Positions 45,003-54,576 of a stretch of DNA of 64,000 bases are shown piece after piece. The position numbers were made by a program, and so were the translations under genes. The notes beneath the pieces are model-generated. The model saw only the letters and a list, made by a program, of their open reading frames with translations. It did no database searches and was not told the DNA's origin. The stretch lies in contig JAEYRB010000006.1 of the NCBI GenBank assembly GCA_023409735.1, positions 10,027 through 74,026 on the forward strand. Reading direction: 5' to 3'. This DNA comes from Bacillota bacterium (GTDB lineage: Bacteria; Bacillota; Clostridia; Acetivibrionales; DTU013). The stretch's first letter is position 1, and every line of letters begins with the position of its first letter.

Positions 45003-46175
45003 ATGGACAGAAAAGAACTTGCATTAAAAAAGCATAAAGAATGGAATGGAAAAATCGAGGTTACCTGCAGAGCAGCAGTTGATAACAAGGAAGCACTTTC
45101 ACTAGCGTACACTCCGGGCGTTGCAGAGCCTTGCCTTGAGATCGAAAAGGATGTTGATCTCTCATATGTCTATACAAGAAGACATAACATGGTTGCTGTT
45201 GTTACAGATGGAACAGCTGTGCTCGGACTTGGAGATATAGGCCCGGAAGCCGGTATGCCTGTTATGGAAGGTAAATGTGTTCTTTTCAAAAGCTTTGGAG
45301 ATGTTGACGCATTCCCTCTTTGTATCAGAAGCAAAAATGTAGATGATATTGTAAACACTGTTAAGCTCCTTGCCGGTAGCTTCGGCGGAGTTAATCTGGA
45401 AGACATTTCAGCACCTCGCTGCTTTGAGATAGAGAGAAAGTTAAAGGAGTGCTGTGATATACCAATATTCCATGATGATCAGCATGGCACAGCAGTTGTA
45501 ACACTTGCAGCTATGCTTAATGCACTTAAGCTGACAGGTCGCAAGCTTGATGAAATAAAGGTCGTTACTTCAGGTGCAGGTGCAGCTGGTATTGCAATAA
45601 TTAAACTGCTTATTAGCCTGGGCCTTAAGAATGTTATTATGTGTGACAGAACAGGCGCGATATATGAAGGACGTGATGGCCTTAATTCAGAAAAAATTGA
45701 GATGGCTAAGATCACTAATCATGAGAAGAAAGCCGGTTCACTTGCCGATATGCTTAAGGGTGCAGATGTATTCATAGGTGTGTCCGCTCCGGGAACAGTT
45801 ACACCGGAAATGGTAAAGACTATGAATCCAAATCCGATCCTTTTCCCTATGGCAAATCCAACTCCGGAAATTATGCCAGACCTTGCTCTTGAAGCAGGAG
45901 CTGCCGTTGTTGGTACAGGCAGAAGCGATTTCCCGAACCAGATAAACAATGTTCTTGCATTCCCGGGAATCTTCCGAGGAGCACTTGATGTTCGTGCAAG
46001 TGATATCAATGATGAAATGAAGATTGCAGCCGCATATGCTATTGCTGGTCTTGTTTCTGATGAGGAGCTGTCAAAGGATTATATTATTCCAAATGCTTTT
46101 GACACACGTGTTGGTAAGGCAGTTGCAGAGGCAGTTGCAGAAGCAGCACGCAAGACCGGAGTAAATAGAATATAG
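45003..46175 (+). CDS. NAD(P)-dependent malic enzyme, short form
   Basis: LAYTPGVAEPC, VVTDGTAVLGLGDIGP, FGGVNLEDISAPRCFEIE, HDDQHGTA and GAGAAG motifs. Confidence 0.85.
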   Translation: MDRKELALKKHKEWNGKIEVTCRAAVDNKEALSLAYTPGVAEPCLEIEKDVDLSYVYTRRHNMVAVVTDGTAVLGLGDIGPEAGMPVMEGKCVLFKSFGDVDAFPLCIRSKNVDDIVNTVKLLAGSFGGVNLEDISAPRCFEIERKLKECCDIPIFHDDQHGTAVVTLAAMLNALKLTGRKLDEIKVVTSGAGAAGIAIIKLLISLGLKNVIMCDRTGAIYEGRDGLNSEKIEMAKITNHEKKAGSLADMLKGADVFIGVSAPGTVTPEMVKTMNPNPILFPMANPTPEIMPDLALEAGAAVVGTGRSDFPNQINNVLAFPGIFRGALDVRASDINDEMKIAAAYAIAGLVSDEELSKDYIIPNAFDTRVGKAVAEAVAEAARKTGVNRI

Positions 46176-46526
46176 GTTGATTAGTTTTATATTTAGTAAT
46201 AGATTTAATTAGCAGTAAGAGGACTGTCATCATTTATATATGATGCCGGTCCTTTTTTGGTGCTTATGCAAATCCCCCATATTTAATATTTTTGTCATTG
46301 ACCAGTATTAAGTAATTATAAGTATTTGTGGTATAATTTGTCACAATTGTATTCTTGTTAATAAGCAAGCAGACAAAGATATAAAAAGAAAAAAATTACG
46401 ACAAAATGTTCACATAAAGAGTTGACGGGTTGCAGATTGGGGTTTATGATATAATGGCGGTGAACTTGGAAAATGTATTGAATCAAGTAAATCCGTATAT
46501 CATATAAAATGAGTGGGTGAAGTATA

Positions 46527-48698
46527 ATGTCAATCGTAGTTCTACTAGCTTTTGCTGTGGTATTAGCTCTCGGCTTTGCAGCTGTTAACTATTTCGCAGT
46601 GAAAAAACTTGATGAGGGAAGTCAGCTTATGCAGAAAATTGCTGCTGCAATACGCCTCGGTGCAAACACCTTTATTAGTTATGAATATAAAGCGCTTGCA
46701 GTAGTCGTGTTGATCGTTGCAGTCTGTGAGTGGCTGGCCCTTGAATGGTATGTTGCCGCAGCATTTATACTGGGTGCTGTCATGAGCGCATGTGCGGGCT
46801 TTATCGGAATGAAGATAGCCACATATGCAAATGTACGTGTTTCAAATGAAGCCAGAAAGACATTGAATCTTGGTAAGACCCTGAAAGTAGCGTTTCGTGG
46901 TGGGTCTGTAATGGGAATCTGTGTAGGTGGCTTCGCGCTTTTGGGAATATTTATTGTGTATATGGTATTTGGTGTGGGCTTTGGCTGGCTCACAAAAACT
47001 ACTACAAATACATGCTGGCTTACAGGTATTCCTATTGTTCCCTTCCCTAACGCACTTTCTGGTTATGCTCTTGGCTGCTCTATTGTTGCTATGTTCAACC
47101 GTGTTGGCGGCGGTATATACACAAAGGCAGCTGATATGGGTGCTGACCTTGTTGGAAAGACAGAGGCACACATTCCGGAGGATGATCCTCGTAATCCTGC
47201 AACTATAGCAGATAACGTAGGTGATAACGTTGGAGACGTTGCCGGTCTGGGAAGCGATCTTTTGGAAAGCTATGTTGCATCAATTGTTGCGGCTATTGTG
47301 CTTGCGTACAATCTTGTTCTTGCAGGAAGCTCAATAAGCGGGGAGCTGCTAGAAAAAATGTATACGTTCCCTCTGGCCTTTGCTGCAATCGGATTGATCG
47401 GCTGCTGCATCGGAATAGCCTGGCTGCTGATAAAAGACCTTTCAAAGTCTAAAGATCCTCATACAATCCTTAACGCTGCTACTTGGATAGCAGCAGGAGT
47501 TACTCTTGTCGGAGGATTTATTGCGGCACTTGTTATGTTCAAGGGAATGGATCTTACAGCTGCATCCTTTAAGCTTGGCTTTATTTCGCCATGGATAGGT
47601 GCTGCAGTTGGCGTTATCTCAGGTATAGTAATAGGCGTAATTGCTGAATACTATACAAGTGCAGATTACAAACCGACACAGGTTGTGGCCAACTCTTCTG
47701 AGGAAGGCTCTGCACTTACAATAACCAGTGGCTTAGCACTTGGTATGCGTTCATGTATGCTCCCATGCATCGTTCTTGGTATAGGTATAATTATTGCATA
47801 CTATGTTTCCGGATTATATGGTGTTGCTATGGCTGCAATGGGTATGCTTTCATTTGTCAGTGCTACAGTATCCGTTGATACTTATGGACCAATATCCGAT
47901 AATGCAGGCGGAATTGCTGAAATGTCCAAGCTTGATGAGGGCGTTCGTAAAATAACAGATACACTTGATTCTGTCGGAAATACAACAGCAGCTATAGGAA
48001 AGGGCTTTGCAATAGGCTCCGGTGCACTTGCTGCATTATCATTGATGATAAGCTATATGTACTCATATGGAGGTACTGTTGGAGAGAATTTCCTTCCTGA
48101 ATTAAACATAATAAATCCTATGACACTGGCAGGCGCTATTGTCGGAGGGGCATTGCCGTTCTTCTTCTCAGGAATGCTGATCGATGCTGTTGCAAAGACG
48201 GCACGTAAGATGGTTGATGAAGTAAGGCGTCAGTTCAAAGAAGTTCCGGCTATACTTGAGGGTAAAGCTGATCCTGATTACAAGACCTGTATAGGAATAT
48301 CTGCTCAGGGCTCACTTAAAGAGATGAAGGTCCCGGCGTTATTAGCAATTATTGTACCTGTATTATGCGGATTGATATTTGGACCTGAATTTGTCGGAGG
48401 AGTTCTTATTGGTTCAACAATTTCAGGAATAATGATAGCTTTGTTTACCGGTAATGCCGGTGGTGCCTGGGACAATGGCAAGAAGTATATTGAAGCAGGC
48501 GGTATAAAAGGCCTTGGTAAGGGTACACCTGCGCATGATGCAGCTGTTGTTGGCGATACAGTAGGTGATCCGCTTAAGGATACAGTAGGTCCATGCATGG
48601 ATATATTTATAAAGATCATGGCTACAGTATCTCTGGTTACAGTTTCAGTATTCAGCCATTACAACCTGTGGGGCTGGATTGAATCTCTGCTTAAATAG
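46527..48698 (+). CDS. hppA: membrane-bound ion-translocating pyrophosphatase
   Basis: 723 aa polytopic protein with GGGIYTKAADMGADLVGK, DNVGDNVGDVAG and AAVVGDTVGDPLKDT signatures. Confidence 0.95.
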   Translation: MSIVVLLAFAVVLALGFAAVNYFAVKKLDEGSQLMQKIAAAIRLGANTFISYEYKALAVVVLIVAVCEWLALEWYVAAAFILGAVMSACAGFIGMKIATYANVRVSNEARKTLNLGKTLKVAFRGGSVMGICVGGFALLGIFIVYMVFGVGFGWLTKTTTNTCWLTGIPIVPFPNALSGYALGCSIVAMFNRVGGGIYTKAADMGADLVGKTEAHIPEDDPRNPATIADNVGDNVGDVAGLGSDLLESYVASIVAAIVLAYNLVLAGSSISGELLEKMYTFPLAFAAIGLIGCCIGIAWLLIKDLSKSKDPHTILNAATWIAAGVTLVGGFIAALVMFKGMDLTAASFKLGFISPWIGAAVGVISGIVIGVIAEYYTSADYKPTQVVANSSEEGSALTITSGLALGMRSCMLPCIVLGIGIIIAYYVSGLYGVAMAAMGMLSFVSATVSVDTYGPISDNAGGIAEMSKLDEGVRKITDTLDSVGNTTAAIGKGFAIGSGALAALSLMISYMYSYGGTVGENFLPELNIINPMTLAGAIVGGALPFFFSGMLIDAVAKTARKMVDEVRRQFKEVPAILEGKADPDYKTCIGISAQGSLKEMKVPALLAIIVPVLCGLIFGPEFVGGVLIGSTISGIMIALFTGNAGGAWDNGKKYIEAGGIKGLGKGTPAHDAAVVGDTVGDPLKDTVGPCMDIFIKIMATVSLVTVSVFSHYNLWGWIESLLK

Positions 48699-48829
48699 TC
48701 CATATTTAGTTGCTATCAGGTATTTGGTGGATAGTTTTAAAAAAATGAAATTAAATATTGACAAGACAAATTGTTGTATGTTATAAATTATCAGGCGTGT
48801 GTTTTTAACACCGCCTGATTTTTAGTTAT

Positions 48830-48849
48830 ATAGTTGACAAGTCAACTAT
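48830..48849. promoter_or_regulatory. palindromic candidate MarR operator
   Basis: ATAGTTGAC-AA-GTCAACTAT, a perfect 9-bp inverted repeat about 50 nt upstream of the MarR gene start. Confidence 0.45.
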
Positions 48850-48898
48850 TATGGAAGAAAAAGACTATTATTGAATTAGAATGAAGGAGGGCTGTTCT

Positions 48899-49318
48899 AT
48901 GATAAGCAATCTGTCGCTGATTGCCCGTGGAAGCCATATGTACTTTGCGCGCCGCATGAAGCATTATGAAATTGGCATGTCAGAGCAAATGATACTAATG
49001 CACCTTGCTGCGGTAGATAAAGAGAATCAGGATGGAATTGCGCAATATTTCAGGCTGGACAAGGGAGCAGTAGCAAAAATAACTGCAAAACTGGCGCTGA
49101 AGGGCATGATTACGAGAGATAGGAACAAGGACAATTTAAGAGAAAATGTAATAGCTATAACAGATAAAGGACGATCACTTATAAATGAACTGGAGACTGT
49201 AGCAAAGGAATGGGAAAAGCAGGTGATGAAAGGTTTTACTGAAGAACAGAAGCAGGAACTGCGCGAGATGCTTACAAAGGCTGCAACAAATGTGAGCACA
49301 TATCTGGGGAAATTATAA
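48899..49318 (+). CDS. MarR-family transcriptional regulator
   Basis: Winged-HTH pattern (QMILMHLAAVDKENQDGIAQYFRLDKGAVAKITAKLALKGMITR). ATG at 48899 after AAGGAGGG. Confidence 0.85.
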   Translation: MISNLSLIARGSHMYFARRMKHYEIGMSEQMILMHLAAVDKENQDGIAQYFRLDKGAVAKITAKLALKGMITRDRNKDNLRENVIAITDKGRSLINELETVAKEWEKQVMKGFTEEQKQELREMLTKAATNVSTYLGKL

Positions 49319-49572
49319 TGTGTCACACTTTATACGCCATAGTATATTATATTGCTGATAAGCCTTATAGCTAGCATGCTCATATTGTTCTTGTGCAGCA
49401 AAGGCATTATAAGAAAATTCTCTGATTTAAGGTGGATGCTCAATTTAGAATGAAATACTTAGTAAAAAAATACTTAGTTAAAAATACTTAATAATAGAAG
49501 TAAAGTGATTAATTAATAATTGGATGTTAATGCTTAATTAAGCGTAATAAAATGAAAGGAATTGTGTAATTT

Positions 49573-51816
49573 ATGGGAGTAGCAAGAAAAAAGAGTTATG
49601 GATTAATAATGGCGGTGTATCTGCTCGGTATTTTCATGGGAGCGATCGATACTGGCATAGTATCTCCTGTAAGAACTATTATACAAAGCAGTCTTGGAGT
49701 TGATGGAAATACCGGTATCTGGATGATTACAATTTATACGCTTGCATATGCGGCAAGCATACCTGTTATGGGTAAGCTTGCTGATAAATATGGGCGTAAG
49801 GTCATTTATCTCATTAGTATATTACTTTTTGGTGCAGGCTCGCTGTTCTGCGGATTATCACAGATGTTTGGCAGCTTTTCAGTAATGCTGACAGCCCGTG
49901 TTATACAGGCTATTGGCGGTGGCGGAATCATTCCTGTTGCTACTGCCGAATTCGGAACAACCTTCCCGAAGGAAAAGCGGGGTATGGCACTTGGCCTTGT
50001 AGGAGGCGTATATGGTATTGCAAATATATTCGGTTCTTCTGCGGGAAGCCTGATACTCGACATATTTGGTTCGGATAATTGGAAGTACATATTCTTTGTC
50101 AACCTGCCGATTTCGGTATTTATTATAATTGCAGGAATTGTTTGCCTACCTAATACCAAGACAGAGAATGTTAAGAAAATAGACATTCTTGGTATTATGT
50201 CCCTGACAATTATGGTGTTGTCCATACTTTATGGACTTAAGAATATTGATTTCTTCGATTTTGCAAATAGCATCTCAGGCACAGATGTATACCCGTTCCT
50301 GATTATTTTTGTTATTATAATGCCGCTGTTTATTCTGGCTGAAAAGAAGGCTGAGGACCCTGTTATGAATTTAGCCTTCTTTAAAAACCTTCGTATAAAT
50401 ATTACGCTCATAATATCCTTTATCACAGGAGTTGCGATGATGGGTATAATATTCGTACCACAATTCTGTGAAAACTGTATGAACATGGTATCCGGAAGCG
50501 GAGGCTATTTTGTTATTGCACTTGGCGTGTTTGCCGGCCTTGGAGCTCCCGTGTCAGGAAAGCTTATTGATAAATACGGAGTTAGGCTTGTCCTTGCCAT
50601 AGGTTTTATTTCTTCTATCGCTGGTGCGCTTTTCCTGAATTTTGTGACAATTCCGCACTCGAACTACATTACAGTTTTTGCAGGCCTGATTCTGATGGGC
50701 ATAGGTATTGGCTTTACTATGGGGACACCGCTTAATTATATGATGCTGTCTAATACAAAAGAGGAAGAGTCTAACTCTGCTCTGGCAACTGTTTCTCTTG
50801 TGCGTTCTATAGGCACAGCTATTGCGCCTGCAATAATGATCGGCTTTATATCTCATGCAGGCATGAATGTCGGAACACAGGTAATGAATATTATGCCTGA
50901 AGATGTTAATATGCCGGAAATCAAATATGTTGATGAGCTTAGCGAGGAGATCTCTGTTATACAGGAAAACAAAGCTATTATGGCTATGATGGGTGATGTA
51001 GACCTGAGTAAAATGGATATCAAAAAAATGCTTGATATGAAAATTGATATGAGTAATACATCAGGAGATTTTACAATGCCTCAAGAGCTAACTACACTTA
51101 TGCAGAGCTCTGATGTTACCACCATTACCGATAATGCAAAGACTATGGCATCATACATGTTTGATAATATTCTTCCTAAGGCTGTTGGTGGAATACAAGA
51201 GGGAATAAGCTCACTTGAAAAGGTTTCAGCTTCAATGAGCAGTATGATGGGCTCAATGAAGGGCGGACAGGGAGCTGGTATGCCAAGTATGGATGCTGGC
51301 GCTATGGCAGACGGAAAAGGCGCAATGCCTGAAGGTATGCCAGGTATAGATGCTGGCGCTATGGCAGATGGGAAAGCCGCAATGCCTGAAGGTATGCCAG
51401 GTATGGATGCTGGCGCTATGGCTGGCGACAAAGGCGTAATGCCTGAAGGTATGCCGGGTAAGGATGCTGGCGCTATGGCAGACGGAAAAGCCGCAATGCC
51501 CGAGGGTATGCCGGGTATAGACATGAGCAAGATGGGCAATATGCCAGACATAAATACCATGCTTGAGCAGATGAAGTCTATACGCGACGAAATGCCTAGT
51601 GCTTTTGAAAAGGCAAAGGCCAATTACCTCTCACAGATCGACGGACTTGACGCTGATATAAGAGCGACATTTAAAGACACTCTTAATGTCGGCTTCCGTC
51701 AGGTTTACACTACAGTTATTGTGGCATCCCTTATAGCCTTGCTGCTGCTTGCTTTCTACAGAGAAAAGGAAAGAAAGGCAAAAGCTAATATTAACAGCAC
51801 AGCAGCAGGTAAGTAA
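49573..51816 (+). CDS. MFS drug/H+ antiporter-like transporter with a large hydrophilic insertion before the last TM segment
   Basis: MFS motifs (GKLADKYGRK, many TM segments). A non-membrane segment of about 260 aa (roughly 50880-51690) includes tandem repeats. 747 aa. Confidence 0.8.
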   Translation: MGVARKKSYGLIMAVYLLGIFMGAIDTGIVSPVRTIIQSSLGVDGNTGIWMITIYTLAYAASIPVMGKLADKYGRKVIYLISILLFGAGSLFCGLSQMFGSFSVMLTARVIQAIGGGGIIPVATAEFGTTFPKEKRGMALGLVGGVYGIANIFGSSAGSLILDIFGSDNWKYIFFVNLPISVFIIIAGIVCLPNTKTENVKKIDILGIMSLTIMVLSILYGLKNIDFFDFANSISGTDVYPFLIIFVIIMPLFILAEKKAEDPVMNLAFFKNLRINITLIISFITGVAMMGIIFVPQFCENCMNMVSGSGGYFVIALGVFAGLGAPVSGKLIDKYGVRLVLAIGFISSIAGALFLNFVTIPHSNYITVFAGLILMGIGIGFTMGTPLNYMMLSNTKEEESNSALATVSLVRSIGTAIAPAIMIGFISHAGMNVGTQVMNIMPEDVNMPEIKYVDELSEEISVIQENKAIMAMMGDVDLSKMDIKKMLDMKIDMSNTSGDFTMPQELTTLMQSSDVTTITDNAKTMASYMFDNILPKAVGGIQEGISSLEKVSASMSSMMGSMKGGQGAGMPSMDAGAMADGKGAMPEGMPGIDAGAMADGKAAMPEGMPGMDAGAMAGDKGVMPEGMPGKDAGAMADGKAAMPEGMPGIDMSKMGNMPDINTMLEQMKSIRDEMPSAFEKAKANYLSQIDGLDADIRATFKDTLNVGFRQVYTTVIVASLIALLLLAFYREKERKAKANINSTAAGK
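51277..51530 (+). repeat. in-frame 57-bp tandem repeat, 4 full copies plus a partial one, encoding GMPGIDAGAMADGKAAMPE
   Basis: GGTATGCC unit starts at 51277, 51334, 51391, 51448 and 51505. Confidence 0.9.
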
Positions 51817-52067
51817 AGCTGAGAATTTAATTAATAACGAAGCCAGCAGGTAAGTAACCTAAAAATAATACTAATTACATGGCAGCAGATAAAATATAAC
51901 ATAATACTATTTCATATCTATACTATAATGCTGCTATAAGCGCGCATTACAAAAACCTCTTTCAGCTTAAAGCCGGAAGGGGTTTTTTATGGGTGCGCCC
52001 TAAGGGTTATAGCAAAAAGTTGAGGAGGGCTCTATGCCCCGAAACTTTTATTAATACATATAGTAAG

Positions 52068-52745
52068 TTAATCAATATACTTTTCAATTTTCATGTTCTT
52101 CATTAGGTCTGATATTTTATCTTCATAGTACTTATTGAATTTGTCCCGGAAATCGTTGCCTGGAGCATAATCAATATTTTCTGACATAAAGTTCTTTTTT
52201 ATTTTATCCTTATATTTTCCTCTGATCATAACCTTCTTAACAGCGGGCTTTAGCCTTTCCCAATATTGATCGACTGTTATATTAAGGCTTTCAGATAATG
52301 CATCTATGGTATTCTTAATTTCCTCGTCACTTGAATAGCTGTTCTTCTGCTCCTGCAATGCCTTTTCCAAGTCCTCGTCACTTACTGTGATGCCTTCCTT
52401 TAAAGCATTGATATATACAGCCTCATTCCTTATGATTTTATCCAGGAGCTCTGAATCCGAGGGAACCTTATCGGCAGCCTTCCATAGAGCTTTATAGCTA
52501 TCAAACGACTCTTTTGTTATTATTGTATCTTCTATTTTTGCAACGGCTTTGTTATCGTCATCGTTATTTCCCTCAGCTTCAGCTGTTTTCTCGGTAAATG
52601 AATTAAGCTCGGGCGTCAGACCGAAAAGTACATCTTCTGTATTTGCCCTGTTAGAAGCTTTAGAATTAATAAGGGAAAGAACCAGTACTCCTGTGACTAA
52701 CAATATCGCGGCTATACAGGCTATTATCAGTTTGATTTTTTTCAT
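52068..52745 (-). CDS. membrane-anchored secreted protein, SurA-N/PpiC-chaperone-like (tentative)
   Basis: N-terminal TM/signal anchor MKKIKLIIACIAAILLVTGVLVL followed by a helical, charged domain of about 190 aa. Confidence 0.45.
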   Translation of the reverse strand: MKKIKLIIACIAAILLVTGVLVLSLINSKASNRANTEDVLFGLTPELNSFTEKTAEAEGNNDDDNKAVAKIEDTIITKESFDSYKALWKAADKVPSDSELLDKIIRNEAVYINALKEGITVSDEDLEKALQEQKNSYSSDEEIKNTIDALSESLNITVDQYWERLKPAVKKVMIRGKYKDKIKKNFMSENIDYAPGNDFRDKFNKYYEDKISDLMKNMKIEKYID

Positions 52746-53115
52746 TATATTTTTTCTCCTTTTCCTGTGAAGTTAAGCTTTACTAATTCAATACCTCCTT
52801 AGTTACTTTGATCTGACATCTATCATATACCAGTAAGTGTAAAAAAATGTAGAAATTGCTGTCATATTGCCTGTTACTATAAAATTATACGCAGTAAAAC
52901 AGTGATGAGATAATTAAACATTTTAAATTAAACATATATGAATCCTTTATAATTATGTAAAAAACTAGTACAATGTAGAAGGGCAAAGGTATGTGTGCGA
53001 CTCTGAGTAAAAATGAATATGCCAGTGCTGCAATTGCAGGAATGTATAATAGATACAAACAAAGCCTGCTTAAATGCCGAATCGTAATAAATGAAACGGA
53101 GATGATATCAGGTGA

Positions 53116-53418
53116 ATAATATGTATCAAAGCTGTCCTACGTGAAAAAGGTCTGAATGGCTGCTGGGAGTGCGACGATTTTCCATGCAAGGGCAGTATGC
53201 TTGACAAACCGCGTATCCGTGCCTTTGCCGGCTTTGCTAAGGAATATGGTACAGACGAGCTGACAAAATGCTTATTCCGGAACCAGGCAAAAGGCATTAT
53301 TTATCATTATGAGGGCCAGCTTGTAGGTGATTACGATAAATGTGAAGCGGAAGAAGAAATCAAAGAATTAATAAAGACCGGAGTTCTTAAGGGGGAGAAG
53401 CGTCATGAAACAGTATAG
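53116..53418 (+). pseudogene. 5-prime-truncated or frameshifted DUF3795-like gene fragment
   Basis: The open frame reads ..REKGLNGCWECDDFPCKGS.., resembling the C-terminal Cys motif of DUF3795 proteins. There is a stop at 53113-53115, no ATG before 53197, and no N-terminal Cys cluster in frame. Confidence 0.35.
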
Positions 53419-54292
53419 AAGCAAGAAAGCCGGGAAGGAAATAATCCGGACCTACAATGAGCTCCTGACGCAATGGGGCGTTGAATACGAGGAGAAAATG
53501 ATCAATACAAGATATGGGCAAACCCATGTCACTGTCTGGGGGAAAGTAGACGGAGCTCCGCTTGTGCTGTTTCATGGAGTAGGCGATGATACAGCACTGA
53601 TGTGGGTGTATAACGCCAAAGCACTGGGAGAAAGGCTTCGCCTTTATGCAATTGATACAATAGGCGGTCCGGGTAAAAGCGTAATGGGAGAAGCTTATAA
53701 TAAGGAATTTGATGATGTTCTATGGATAGATGATATTCTTGATGGACTCAAGCTCAGAAAGACATCAGTGGCAGGCGTTTCACATGGAGGGTATCTTGTA
53801 CAGCTTTATACCGTAAGGCGGCCGGAAAGAGTTGATAAGCCAATAATTCTTGCCAGCAGTGTTGCAGCAAGAAAGGACGGGAAGAAAAGTAACCCACTTA
53901 AGGCAATGATGAAGATATTTTTACCCGAGGCGCTTTTCCCAACAACCAATAATATTAAGAAGCTTTTGACTAAGCTATCAGGTGATAATCCTCAGGCATT
54001 CACTGAAAATGCTTTGCTGCTGGAACACTTCACATGGCTATTAAAGGGTTTTAATAATATGGCTATGGGTTATCACAAGCTGGAGACTCTTACAGTGGAT
54101 GAAGTTGACATAATCAGAAACAGAGCGCATTTCCTTGTGGGCCTAGAGGATCCCTTTGAGAAGCTTGGAGGGGAAGCTGCACTTCGCGACATGAAAATGA
54201 ATGCAAAATTCTATAAGGGAGTAGGACATGGTATTAACCATGAGATCCCTGAGGAGATAAACAAAGAAATTATCAGTATTATGTGTAGTTAA
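53405..54292 (+). CDS. alpha/beta-fold hydrolase
   Basis: HGVGDD oxyanion region, nucleophile elbow GVSHGG, C-terminal His (GHGINHE). Confidence 0.8.
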   Translation: MKQYRSKKAGKEIIRTYNELLTQWGVEYEEKMINTRYGQTHVTVWGKVDGAPLVLFHGVGDDTALMWVYNAKALGERLRLYAIDTIGGPGKSVMGEAYNKEFDDVLWIDDILDGLKLRKTSVAGVSHGGYLVQLYTVRRPERVDKPIILASSVAARKDGKKSNPLKAMMKIFLPEALFPTTNNIKKLLTKLSGDNPQAFTENALLLEHFTWLLKGFNNMAMGYHKLETLTVDEVDIIRNRAHFLVGLEDPFEKLGGEAALRDMKMNAKFYKGVGHGINHEIPEEINKEIISIMCS

Positions 54293-54576
54293 CAGCAATA
54301 AAAATTGTGCTATTGAGTACATAAAAGTTATTGCAGCTTTTGCGTTGCCAATTACTCTTATGTGCAGCTGATTCAGACGCTTCAACTGATATCCGCTTAA
54401 CCTTTATTAGGTAGGCTTGATGTAATAGATAACTTAGGATAAATCTACTGCTTTAAACACTGTAGCTTTGCAGATAAAGACGGTTTGACAAGGCTAAACG
54501 CATATTATACTATAAAGTGGTCGGAATATTTAAAATATAAATATAAAACTATAATAGACAAGAGGTAATTACAAAT

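Noticed and set aside
51081-51623. 180-aa minus-strand ORF with PGIPSGIA repeats
   Set aside because: It is an antisense reading of the 57-bp repeats inside the MFS gene.
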